30,614 nucleotides of DNA from a virus (lineage: Duplodnaviria; Caudoviricetes). How positions within the stretch are numbered: position 1 is the stretch's first letter; each line of letters begins with the position of its first letter. Location: the IMG/VR virus record IMGVR_UViG_3300017761_001293, positions 1-30,614 of that record; one strand, 5' to 3'. Below, one piece after another: positions 18,301 through 27,500 of this stretch. The position numbers were made by a program, and so were the translations under genes. The notes beneath the pieces are model-generated. The model had not been told where the DNA came from. It searched no databases and saw nothing but the letters and a program-made list of their open reading frames with translations.

Positions 18301-20655
18301 TTTTTAGAAAACACCGTTGACAACATTAAAGGCACTGCTGGATTAAATTTTTATCAATTACAAACAAGACCATTGATAGGAAGAGTATCTACTACTAAAT
18401 CAATTGGAGTAATTAATGAATTAATGGTTCCTTTTTTAAGTGTATATGAAACAACTCCAGATGTATCTGCTTTAGCTTTGTTTTGGGAAACCGCATCAAC
18501 CGGCTTAATATCGGATTTAAATTACGATGTTTCCAATGGATTTGATGGCCCTTCACAATTTGGAGATTTAATATTTTCATTTTTTGAAGATCAAGATCCT
18601 GCAGGACTAAATACAACACCTGGAGATTCAGATTCAAAATATATTACAAGTTCATTTAGCATATTAAATAACACTGGATTCCCAATACCAGTTGACCCCG
18701 GAACCACTCCGTATTTTACTTTAGTAACAAATAATAATACCCCACAAACCGACGTAACTAGCAAGTTTGGAATTGAAGAATTTCCAGTAGCTTCTGGCAC
18801 ATATAGATTTATAATAAAAGATGATTTTGTTTTTGATCATTACGCTACAGAAAATAGCGAATTTAATTTTTATGTAAACGTTGCATACGGAGGTACTAAT
18901 TATACTATAATATATAGAAATAGACTAGCAAATATTGTGCCAAACTTTATATCAAATTATCCAGCATACAATAAAGTTATAGATCAAACAGCCGGGTTTA
19001 TAGTAAAAGTAGACGCGGTGAATGGCTCCCATAGCGTTTCAGCAAACCTAGACGATTTGTATTGGAGCATTAACAGTGGTGACCCATCTTCTTACTTTAA
19101 TATAACGCCGAATACAGGAGAGTTGTTTTTACAAAATCCAGCAATACCACTAGGCACATATGAATTATTTATTAAGGTTCAGGATGCTTTTTTAATTAGC
19201 CCACCAACTCCAATAGTTGGCGTTTCTCCTTATGATTCTAAGCAAGACATTGTTCAGGTAAATATAACCGTAGGCCCAAAGCCAGTAAATAAATATTTAC
19301 AAGATTATACAACACCTCCTGGCTTTGTTTTTGAGCTTGTTAGCGGAGTTCCTGGGTGCGTAGGACCAGTTGGAGAAGGATACGGAGCCGTATATATTGG
19401 GAAAAGCAATTTGTCTTTAGACCCTATAACCGGTAAAAATTCAGGATTACCAGATTTAACAAATACATCATGGAACGGAATTCCTTATTCAGGAACCGGA
19501 GCATATCAAAATTATTATAACGTTCAAATTGAAAATGGCGCGGATTTTATAGTTGAACCGCCTGAAGGATTAACTCAGGGCCAATTAGAATTTACAATAA
19601 GAACTATTGGAACTGGTATTACTAATGAAAAAAGAACCAGTTTAGCAAATTTTATATTGTATTTTAGAGAACCAACAGCACCAAATAACACATGGCAATC
19701 TATATTAGATAATAATAATGTAGGATCACCAAACTCAACTATTATACCTTTTCAAAACGGGGTTGGTGATTCTTTAGGTGTACGTATAAACGATCAAAAT
19801 GCTACTGCGGAAAGATCAACATCGTTGGTTATTTCAAACCCAACAGGAGTTGTTGTAGGAGAGTATTGCTTAGTGGTATACCATCAATATACAGCTCGCC
19901 CTGGAATAATTTTTGAACCTCCTTTGCAATGTGGCTATGATTTTTACACTATAGTGAATGTGCGCGATGCAAATTACACTTATACCCCTCCAAGCCCTGT
20001 TCCAGATCCTGTAGTACCTATAGAATACTCTGTTCAGCTTGCGGAACCGGTTACAGATTATCCAGGGGCCGTACCTTATAATACTCAGGACGCTTCTATA
20101 GGATTTCCATTCTCTACAACAGCAACTTCTGATACAACAACAACTGGAAATAATTTAATAAAATTAACAGTTAATAATCCGCAAATAGTTCCAGGTTTAT
20201 ATTTAGATACTTACGGAGGCAAGGTTGCAGATATTTTAGCAGATGGAGTTACTATTGTAATGAGTGTAACCTTACCAATAATACCAGGAGGAACTGATTT
20301 GATATTTAGAACCATAAATGGAACTCCATTAGGTTCAGTATATGCAACCACTAATAATCCTTTGCATGTTAAACAGTTTTATTCAGACTCAGCGTTAGCC
20401 ACATTATGGGAGCCTCCAGTTGCAGATAAGTTTTATTTATTCTTTAATACTCTTAGAGATTACAATGAATCTACGGTATCAATTATAGGAATGGGTGTGC
20501 CAACAAATAAGCCTATATGTTGTGCTCAGTTTGATGCAATTGGTCAAGTTATTCCGCAAACGTTTCCAGATAATACAATACAAACAGCGTGGTTAGTAAC
20601 GCCTGAAACGTTAGCCAATTATGGAAGAAATCTATATCAATATACAGCACTATAG
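15355..20655 (+). CDS. tail stabilization/muzzle-like protein, N-terminal part, with inserted adhesin-like domains
   Basis: 1766 aa; N-terminal KMNKDLDDRLIP..EYRDALNI, LLFWSDNRNQPRKIN, RFSYRFKF and GNRIMYSNF motifs recalled from crAss-like/P22 gp10-type stabilization proteins; cadherin-like domain near 18931-19275. Confidence 0.7.
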   Translation: MAEVKNSFLSSKMNKDLDDRLIPNSEYRDALNIEVGKSETNNIGVLQNVYGNVQIPKETITNLECIGIFMDNQNNRIYQFLTNYSDPTPSQITLAESLPYQPFPEGWVMKITVYDLNTLVYSTLVEGTFLNFSKTNLVIGVNLIEGLLFWSDNRNQPRKINYNKAISNPIYYTTEAQISVAKYAPVEPISLVRKATATVVSGFGDTYVLSSINGIITNGMSVVSTSFPGSDYGYVMDFTVDTITLYQSTTSITAGDRLTFLISTMSDKSDDANWPGDPAFLEDKYVRFSYRFKFDDNEYSIMAPFTQIAYIPRQKGYFINGDETAAYRSTIIKWMENYVNNIELLIPLPDKGSAINNSYKITDVEVLYKESDALAVKVIDSISWVTIKNAIPDTNIYAYPYQSQKPYKTLNENQTTRVYDIVPTRALGQEISGNRIMYSNFYTTYTPPQNINYNTAVQPKSDLFTNFVEYPNHTLKQNRNYQIGFILADKFGRQSSVLLSSVDLQTITPSGSSVVYGGSTVYAPYQSETAPFPDVRNWFGNALLVLVNTPIASQRNIPQGTPGLYAEPTSPSGFAIVSGSISGNFYTFKIDTAVAGNVKPIQGNYLRGAFTDYVKVLSINATANPDEWIVATTGVVNNLYLPAQPTPPVDTKFAYTLNEIGWYSYKVVVKQQQQDYYNAYLPGMLDGYPAGQTFGSQIVYTGPDPELQNSINTTSFPIGEEGKTSHIVLINDNINKIPRDLTEVGPDQKQYRSSVQLFGRVENTAATRKLIGDRPYNNQYATTITYTLATTENANALKEIKPGDGIQCDEANSQLPNPATPGPGVPPTIDNPQKWYANTVVVSNGLLTYTADQSVAAVGGSTLINLNTGHDVISIGDTFIYTVAGVKYSNTVDSLTSQDIINTTNPITPAGGIPTNVILYFTNPSKGQITFTPPNWTRYSSDVIPSPGAYINFTITKAENIQYFPVRKADVVSSIATSTDFNFLENTVDNIKGTAGLNFYQLQTRPLIGRVSTTKSIGVINELMVPFLSVYETTPDVSALALFWETASTGLISDLNYDVSNGFDGPSQFGDLIFSFFEDQDPAGLNTTPGDSDSKYITSSFSILNNTGFPIPVDPGTTPYFTLVTNNNTPQTDVTSKFGIEEFPVASGTYRFIIKDDFVFDHYATENSEFNFYVNVAYGGTNYTIIYRNRLANIVPNFISNYPAYNKVIDQTAGFIVKVDAVNGSHSVSANLDDLYWSINSGDPSSYFNITPNTGELFLQNPAIPLGTYELFIKVQDAFLISPPTPIVGVSPYDSKQDIVQVNITVGPKPVNKYLQDYTTPPGFVFELVSGVPGCVGPVGEGYGAVYIGKSNLSLDPITGKNSGLPDLTNTSWNGIPYSGTGAYQNYYNVQIENGADFIVEPPEGLTQGQLEFTIRTIGTGITNEKRTSLANFILYFREPTAPNNTWQSILDNNNVGSPNSTIIPFQNGVGDSLGVRINDQNATAERSTSLVISNPTGVVVGEYCLVVYHQYTARPGIIFEPPLQCGYDFYTIVNVRDANYTYTPPSPVPDPVVPIEYSVQLAEPVTDYPGAVPYNTQDASIGFPFSTTATSDTTTTGNNLIKLTVNNPQIVPGLYLDTYGGKVADILADGVTIVMSVTLPIIPGGTDLIFRTINGTPLGSVYATTNNPLHVKQFYSDSALATLWEPPVADKFYLFFNTLRDYNESTVSIIGMGVPTNKPICCAQFDAIGQVIPQTFPDNTIQTAWLVTPETLANYGRNLYQYTAL

Positions 20656-20671
20656 CTAAAAATATAAAAAA

Positions 20672-20688
20672 ACAAGTAATTATTAATT
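20672..20688 (+). promoter_or_regulatory. degenerate third copy of the promoter-like motif (ACAAGTAATTATTAATT)
   Basis: 12/17 match to 509-525; intergenic but abuts the ATG. Confidence 0.3.
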
Positions 20689-22248
20689 ATGGCAGCAACT
20701 CTAGAATTAAAGTATTTTAATTCATTTTGGCTAAAAAAAATGGATAGCATTGTAGACGTAATAAACACTACAAATGAAACAGATGGCGAAATAGCTATAG
20801 GAGGTACAACAATGACACTAGCCGCCCCTGATTTATTTTTAGGGGTTGGACAATTAATTGAATATTTCTTAACCGGTGTTGACGATCCATTCACAAATAT
20901 AGTATTGAGTATAGACATAACAGGGACTATTATAACATTACTTAACCCTGTAACCGCAATTATACCAACAACAACACAAATATTTTTTGGTCCAATACAA
21001 GATTTTACCCATGTCCCTGCTGCATATGCTACGGGCAATAATGATTGGTATATTGAAGAGGCTAGAATCAGAGGAGGCTATAATAATACCTCTGTTGATT
21101 TTGGCGTTAAAGCATACCTAGCAGAGGATTCAACAACTCAACAGCATAGATTTAATTCTATAATCTATTCTGGAATATTTAATTCGAGAACAGGCATTAA
21201 CAATACAAATCAATTTTCTGTAGCAGACGATATAACAAGAAGTGTTGATCCATCTGTTGGGTCAATACAAAAATTATATGCAGAAGATACCAACTTAATT
21301 ATATTCCAAGAATCAAAAGTAAGTAGAGCGTTAATTGACAAAGATGCCGTTTATTCTGCAGAAGGACAACCAATGACTACATCTGGAGCTCAAGTAATCG
21401 GCCAGGTTCAACAATATGCAGGTAACTATGGCATAAGTACTAATCCAGAAAGTTTTGCTGTTTACGGATACAGAAAATACTTTGTAGATAAAAATCAAAA
21501 TGTTGTTTTAAGATTATCCCAAGATGGTATAACTGAAATATCAGCGTATGGAATGATAGATTACTTTAGAGATAATTTATCGAAAATTGGCAATGCGGGA
21601 AAATTAATCGGTGGGTGGGATATGTATAATAAACAATATGTTTTATCATTGCAACCGCCAAATACAACAGAGTTTCAAACATTGGCATTCGATGAGGATT
21701 GTAATGGTTGGACAAGTAGGTTTTCATTTAAACCAAGTTTTTCAGGAAGTTTAAGAAATAGTTTTTATACTTTTAAGAATGGTAATATATGGAAACATTA
21801 TGCGGATCCAACAACAACATTTGTAAATTATTGTAATTTCTACGGTGTACAATATGATGCTAATGTTACTTTAATATTCAATCCTGAAGTTTCAATGTCT
21901 AAAAACTTTAATACTTTGAATTACGAAGGTTCATCCGGTTGGTCATTAGAAGCATTATATTCAAATTCAGATACAGCGGTTCCAATAAGCAAAGCATCGG
22001 ACGCCTTAAACTTAGCAGCATTAGAAAATCAATTGTTTGAAAATAGCTTTAAAAGAAAAGAAAATAAATACTTTGGAACGATTATAAATAGTACACCAGC
22101 AACTTATGGTGAGGTTATTTATGGTAATTCTATGAACGGTATAAAAGGATTTTTCTCTACTGTTAAAATGGTATTTGTTAATCCAACAACACCGACTGCT
22201 GCAGAATTGTATTCTGTGTCTTCAACTTATGTAATGTCATCTTATTAA
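20689..22248 (+). CDS. tail stabilization/muzzle-like protein, C-terminal beta-propeller part
   Basis: GSIQKL...LIIFQESKVS, YGISTNPESF, VLRLSQDGITEIS and WTSRFSFKP blade-like motifs. Confidence 0.7.
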   Translation: MAATLELKYFNSFWLKKMDSIVDVINTTNETDGEIAIGGTTMTLAAPDLFLGVGQLIEYFLTGVDDPFTNIVLSIDITGTIITLLNPVTAIIPTTTQIFFGPIQDFTHVPAAYATGNNDWYIEEARIRGGYNNTSVDFGVKAYLAEDSTTQQHRFNSIIYSGIFNSRTGINNTNQFSVADDITRSVDPSVGSIQKLYAEDTNLIIFQESKVSRALIDKDAVYSAEGQPMTTSGAQVIGQVQQYAGNYGISTNPESFAVYGYRKYFVDKNQNVVLRLSQDGITEISAYGMIDYFRDNLSKIGNAGKLIGGWDMYNKQYVLSLQPPNTTEFQTLAFDEDCNGWTSRFSFKPSFSGSLRNSFYTFKNGNIWKHYADPTTTFVNYCNFYGVQYDANVTLIFNPEVSMSKNFNTLNYEGSSGWSLEALYSNSDTAVPISKASDALNLAALENQLFENSFKRKENKYFGTIINSTPATYGEVIYGNSMNGIKGFFSTVKMVFVNPTTPTAAELYSVSSTYVMSSY

Positions 22249-22291
22249 ATAAGATAAAATAAAAATAATACAAACTTAAAAATAAATAATT

Positions 22292-23107
22292 ATGCCAATA
22301 CCATTAGCAGCAGGTATGCTTGTTGGAGCAGGAGCACAAATAATTGGAGGAATAATGGGGATGGGTGCGGCAGAAAGAGCTGCAGCGGCCGCTGAACAAA
22401 AAAGAAAACAATTACAGGCGCAATTAGATAGCTTAGAAAATAGTAGACAAGCGATTATTAATCCTTACGAAGGGGTTAAGGATGTTAGCGGTCTTGCTAA
22501 AAACCTATCTGGTATGATAAGTAATCCTTATGCAAATCTAGGAGTAGCAACTCAAGCATCCAAATTCCAAGCGGAAGAAGCGGATATGGCTTTAGCAAAC
22601 ACGCTGGATGCATTAAAAGAAACTGGATCAAGTGCCGGAGGGGCAACCGCATTAGCTCAAGCCGCACTAAAAAGTAAACAAGGCATTTCTTCAAACATTG
22701 AACAACAAGAAGCCGCTAATGAGAAATTAAAAGCTCAAGGGGAAGCTGACATGCAAAGAATGCAAATGGCTGAAGCTCAAAGAATCCAAGGCGTTCAAAT
22801 TAGTGAAGCTCAAAGAATTCAACAAGCAGAAGCTTCTGGTAAACAATTTATGTTTGGAGCTAGAGAAGGAAGAGAGCAAAGTAAAATTGATAGAGTAGCT
22901 GGGCAACTTAGCGGAGCAGAGGCACAACTTGGACAAGCAGGTGCTAATTACACATCAGCTTTAACTGGTATGATAGGAGGTCTTGCTTCAACCGCTGGAT
23001 CTTATATGAGCGCTATGGGAAGTGGATCAAGTGCTAGTGGGGTTAATTTACCTAAACCGCCTACTGAAGTTGGTGAGACTTGGGGGTCATACACACCTAC
23101 ATTATAA
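22292..23107 (+). CDS. ejection/pilot protein 1 (small internal virion protein)
   Basis: Gly/Ala-rich hydrophobic N- and C-terminal segments flanking an Ala/Gln coiled coil with an 11-aa EAQRIQ repeat; first gene after the tail module, as for P22 gp7 or T7 gp14. Confidence 0.7.
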   Translation: MPIPLAAGMLVGAGAQIIGGIMGMGAAERAAAAAEQKRKQLQAQLDSLENSRQAIINPYEGVKDVSGLAKNLSGMISNPYANLGVATQASKFQAEEADMALANTLDALKETGSSAGGATALAQAALKSKQGISSNIEQQEAANEKLKAQGEADMQRMQMAEAQRIQGVQISEAQRIQQAEASGKQFMFGAREGREQSKIDRVAGQLSGAEAQLGQAGANYTSALTGMIGGLASTAGSYMSAMGSGSSASGVNLPKPPTEVGETWGSYTPTL

Positions 23108-23131
23108 TAAATAAATAAACAAATACCATAT

Positions 23132-24571
23132 ATGGGAGCTTACTCAAATCCAGAAACGTACATAGATACACAATCAGCGCAGGCTTATCAAAGGCTTCAA
23201 GATACTATATCTGGAGCAACTTCAGGCATTGCTCAATCTTATGCTATAAGACAAAAAGAAATAAGAACACAATTAGAAGAAAATGCTAAGCAAATAAAAG
23301 CTAATGAAATGAAAGCTCAAGAATACGAGTTTTCATTATATACAGATTTAGCAAAATCTACAGCATCAGATCCATCAGTTGATTGGGCAAAAACATATGA
23401 GCCATTAATAAGTGAGGCGGTAAAGATTCGGTCGGGGATGTTGAATGGGACATTGGAAGATAAGCAAGGCGCAATGAAAAGACTGGGTCAAATACAAGGG
23501 TCAGTTGATAGTGTAGTACAATCAATAGCTACAATGTCCGGTGCCAGCGAAACTTTTATGAAAGATATGGCTAAGGGCGTTTCGGTTCAAGGCGGAATTG
23601 CTTCAAGTAATAACCCTAAGTTTCTTAACGCTATGAATGTATTATTACAAAAAGTTCCTGGTAAAAAAGAAGTATATTTTAAGGACAATGATCCCACAAA
23701 ATTAATGTGGAAAGTAAGCGATGCAGACGGTAATGTTTTACAAGAATTTGATGCTGACCAATTAAAAAAGATTTCTCAGGGCAATGGAATTATTAGAACT
23801 ATTCCAAATCAAATAGTGGAATTTGATAAATTAAAATCTACAAATTCAAGTATATTTGAAACTGTTCCACCAAAGCCAGGGGAAAAAGGAGATCCAATGC
23901 CTACCGGCCAGATTAACCCTCAATTTTTAGTTAAAAAAAATGGTAAACCTAAAGTTATAGTAAATAAAATAAAAACTTCAGATGGTACTGAAATGACAAC
24001 TTATACACAAGAAGTAGATATTGCCGCAATTAAAAGCGATCTTAATTTCCAAACTACATTAACGGCTCAAGCAAATGGATTATTAGAAGCAAACCAATCT
24101 TCTGCAATTGACTTTTACAATGAGATAATAGCCACGCCTCAAGGACGTTGGTCTGGGATTGATTATTGTTTTGATCCTGATCAACCATTAGATGCAGCAG
24201 GTAAAAAGAAATTTATTGAGGATTATAAAGAATACTATATTAATACTCAAATAGCACCAACGCAACCGTTATTAAAACCGGATCCAAATCAAGTTGCTTT
24301 TGTAGAAAAAGCCGAAAAGTCTAAAAAAACAAAAACTAATGAAGAAGATAAAAAAGATAAAAAAGAATCAATTGAGTCAGTAGTAAAACGAGTTTTAGCT
24401 ATAAAAAAAGGAGATATTGGTGAATTTATTTATGATGGACGTAAAGTTTCCTATGATGGGGCCAACTTTTTAATTGAAAAAACATCAGGGCTTAAAGAGT
24501 TAGCTTTTAAGACTACAGAAGCTGTTATAAATTATTTAAAATCAGGAAGTTCAAATAAACCAAACCCATAA
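23132..24571 (+). CDS. ejection/cargo protein 2 (putative)
   Basis: 479 aa with helical N-terminus; lies between the pilot gene and the giant cargo gene. Confidence 0.6.
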   Translation: MGAYSNPETYIDTQSAQAYQRLQDTISGATSGIAQSYAIRQKEIRTQLEENAKQIKANEMKAQEYEFSLYTDLAKSTASDPSVDWAKTYEPLISEAVKIRSGMLNGTLEDKQGAMKRLGQIQGSVDSVVQSIATMSGASETFMKDMAKGVSVQGGIASSNNPKFLNAMNVLLQKVPGKKEVYFKDNDPTKLMWKVSDADGNVLQEFDADQLKKISQGNGIIRTIPNQIVEFDKLKSTNSSIFETVPPKPGEKGDPMPTGQINPQFLVKKNGKPKVIVNKIKTSDGTEMTTYTQEVDIAAIKSDLNFQTTLTAQANGLLEANQSSAIDFYNEIIATPQGRWSGIDYCFDPDQPLDAAGKKKFIEDYKEYYINTQIAPTQPLLKPDPNQVAFVEKAEKSKKTKTNEEDKKDKKESIESVVKRVLAIKKGDIGEFIYDGRKVSYDGANFLIEKTSGLKELAFKTTEAVINYLKSGSSNKPNP

Positions 24572-24592
24572 TAATAAATTAAATTAATATTT

Positions 24593-27500
24593 ATGAATGA
24601 ATATATTCACCCAAATGGGTATACGTATACTGAAGACGAATTAATTTCATCTGCAAAGAAGGAAAATATGACGTTGGAAGAATTTATTAGCAATAGAGGT
24701 ATTAAGCCAAAAAAGTCAAAAGTGCCGGGAAAGAAAAAAACTGTTGTAAAAGAGGATGCAGTTGCAACAGCAAAAGGTACGGCATCCAAATCGGCAAAAC
24801 CTTCTTCGGTTTCATCAAATAACCCGTTTTACGAGGAAATAAAACCATACGATCCGCTTGGATTACAAAAGTTTAAAGAAACGCCTGCTCCAAAACCAGC
24901 GAAGGCAACTAAGCCTGTAGGTCAAGGGTATAAATACGATTCTAGAGGTTACTTAGTTCCTAAAGATACTAAAGAACCTTCCCTATGGGATGATGTTAAA
25001 GACTTTGCTAGAAATCTATTTCCCGATAGTGAAGAAAACAATAATGGTAAATTAACCTATTATAATCAAACCCCTATTAAAGAACAGCAAGCTGCTTTTA
25101 ACAAGGATTCAAAAGATGCAATGAATGCAACTGGAAAATTTGAATTCCTTAAAGATTACAAACCAGAAGACAGAGCGTTATTTATTTCTAAATTATTGCC
25201 TAGAACTAATTATACTGAAAAAAAATATAATCAACTTACCAATAAATATGAAACCGTTCTTAGGCAAGAAGCGGTTGATTATGTAATGCAGGATATTGAT
25301 CCTACTAAATTTAAAACTAAGGCTCAAATAGACAATGCGGTTGCATTAAATATAAAAAAATTAGCCTCTCAAGATAAAGCTTTTGAATTTGAACAGCAAT
25401 ATGCACAAGCAAAAGCGGCTCCTTTAATAGAAAGCAAGATTGCGGAAATAAAAAAAAAATATACTTTAGATACTCCTGAATCAGTTGCTAAAGCAACAAA
25501 AGAACTTCAGGATTATGCGGCAATAACTACGTCTGATTTTTTAGTTAATTCTTCAGGTTTTCAAAACCTAAATCAAGCGTTTGCATCTATTGAAGATCAA
25601 GCAGCAATAAATTTAACAAAACAATATGAAAGAAGCAAAGAAGGCATTTTAAGCTTCTATGACACCGGTGAAAAAATTGGTAAAGCATTAGAAAAGCGAG
25701 GTGGATTAATTGGGGTTGGGGGGAAAATTATTCAAGGAGTAGGAAAGCTTGCAGAGGGTATTCAAGAAGGGTTTATAAATGTTGGTAGCGCAGTTGAGCA
25801 ATCTTTAGTATCTACCAATCAGGGCCAAATAGCTGATCTTAATAGTATTTATTCTAATATTAAAGATAAGCCAGATGACGCCCCTATAGATAAATCCTTT
25901 GGTTATGAATGGGAAAATAAAGAATTAAACACATATGATCCTAAAGAGCAAGATATTCCAAAAACATATGGAGAAGCTAAAACTAGATTAAAAAAGTATT
26001 TAAATAAAACAACTTCCATAATTAACGATAGAGTTGAAACTATTGCTAATACTAGGGAATATACCGACTTATTTAATAAAGCGGACTTAAAAGATGGTGT
26101 TCAATTAAATGATGTATTTACATTGGTTGGGCAGCAAGCTCCTAATTTATTATTAACCGGAGCAGCAGCTGCTACTGGTAATCCATTATTAGTTGGTCTT
26201 AGTGCTGCTAATATATTCACTCAAGAATACGGCAATCAATACTATGATACAATTGAAACTGGATTAAGAGAAGATTTAAATAGAACTCCAACTAATAAAG
26301 AGATTGCAGAAGCAATTGGTGAAGGCAAATATGCTAATAGAGCTGAGGCTGCCGCAGGAGCTGCTTTATCCGCAAGTTTAGAGTACGCTTCTCAATTAAA
26401 TATACTTAAAAATACAGGTAAAGCTTTAGGATTTGGTAATGATGCTAAAACAGTACTTGGATCATTATTTAGAGGAGAAATTAAAAACTTTTCTAAATCA
26501 ATGATACAAAGTGGCACTAATATTGCTAAATCTGGATTAGGTGAATACTTAACAGAGAGCGCTCAGCAAGCTATAAGCCAATCTGTTAAAGGATTACAAT
26601 TACAAGGGGATGTTAGCAAGTATATTAATCTTGAAGAAATAAACGAAGCTGGTAAAGCTGGAGGAATTATTGGCGCTGTATTTCCATTTGTAGGCACTAT
26701 AAAAACTCAAACGGGTATTGAATTACGTGCATCGGCTACAAAAGTTGCTACTATGTTTGATTTATCCGGCGCAAATATGGCTAATCTTATACAAGTAGAT
26801 AAATTTTTTAATGAAGCTTCTAAGAATATAGAGGAAAGATTTAAAGTAGGAGATATTACTAAAGAACAAAAACAAACCGAGCTAGAAACTCTTGGAACTA
26901 TAAGAAGCGCGGGTGTTAAAATACCTTCTGAGTTTGCCAGTGGAGCAAAAGAGAAAGCTTTAGGGCTAATGTTAGAAAAAGCTAATATTGAGAAAGCCAT
27001 TGATGGTAAAGACAAAGATTTAGTAACTCCAGAAACTGAAAGACTTAAAGAAATAAGTTCTGAATTAGCAACAATTGCTATTAGCGAAAGAGAAAGAATA
27101 AAAATAGAAACTAATAAAGAGACTTTAGATAAAAGCATAGAATCTATAGAGGCGATTGTTGATAAAGAAGGAAATAAAGTATATGAAAACGCAATAGGCA
27201 GTGGAAAAAGTGTTGAGGTGTTTGAAACTACAGCAGAAGCTCAAGTCGCTTATGATAAATGGGCATTGGAGAATAATGAAAAACAACAGGATATAACAAA
27301 ATCTGATGGATTTGCATTGCCTAATGGTCAAATATTAGTTAATAAAGAAAGAGCAGCTAAAGTAGGTGCATTAAATGTTGCTCCTCATGAATTACTGCAT
27401 AATATATTAAAGTCTGAATTTTCTGATTCTAAACGTAAAATAGAATTAAAAGATAAATTTTTAAGTGTTTTAAGCAAATCAGAAAGAACGAAATTAGATA

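Noticed and set aside
20653-20689. TAG readthrough or recoding that would fuse the two in-frame tail genes
   Set aside because: An in-frame TAA follows at 20665-20667, and all long genes are intact under the standard code, so there is no sign of stop-codon reassignment.
3975-22936. Other short minus-strand ORFs (e.g. 6677-6967, 8567-8857, 9027-9257, 18413-18800, 20637-21038, 22497-22936)
   Set aside because: They lie opposite well-supported structural genes, have atypical composition and show no motifs.
24750-24820. tRNA-like look of GGTACGGCATCCAAATCGG...TTCTTCGG
   Set aside because: No consistent cloverleaf stems or acceptor arm; it lies within coding sequence.
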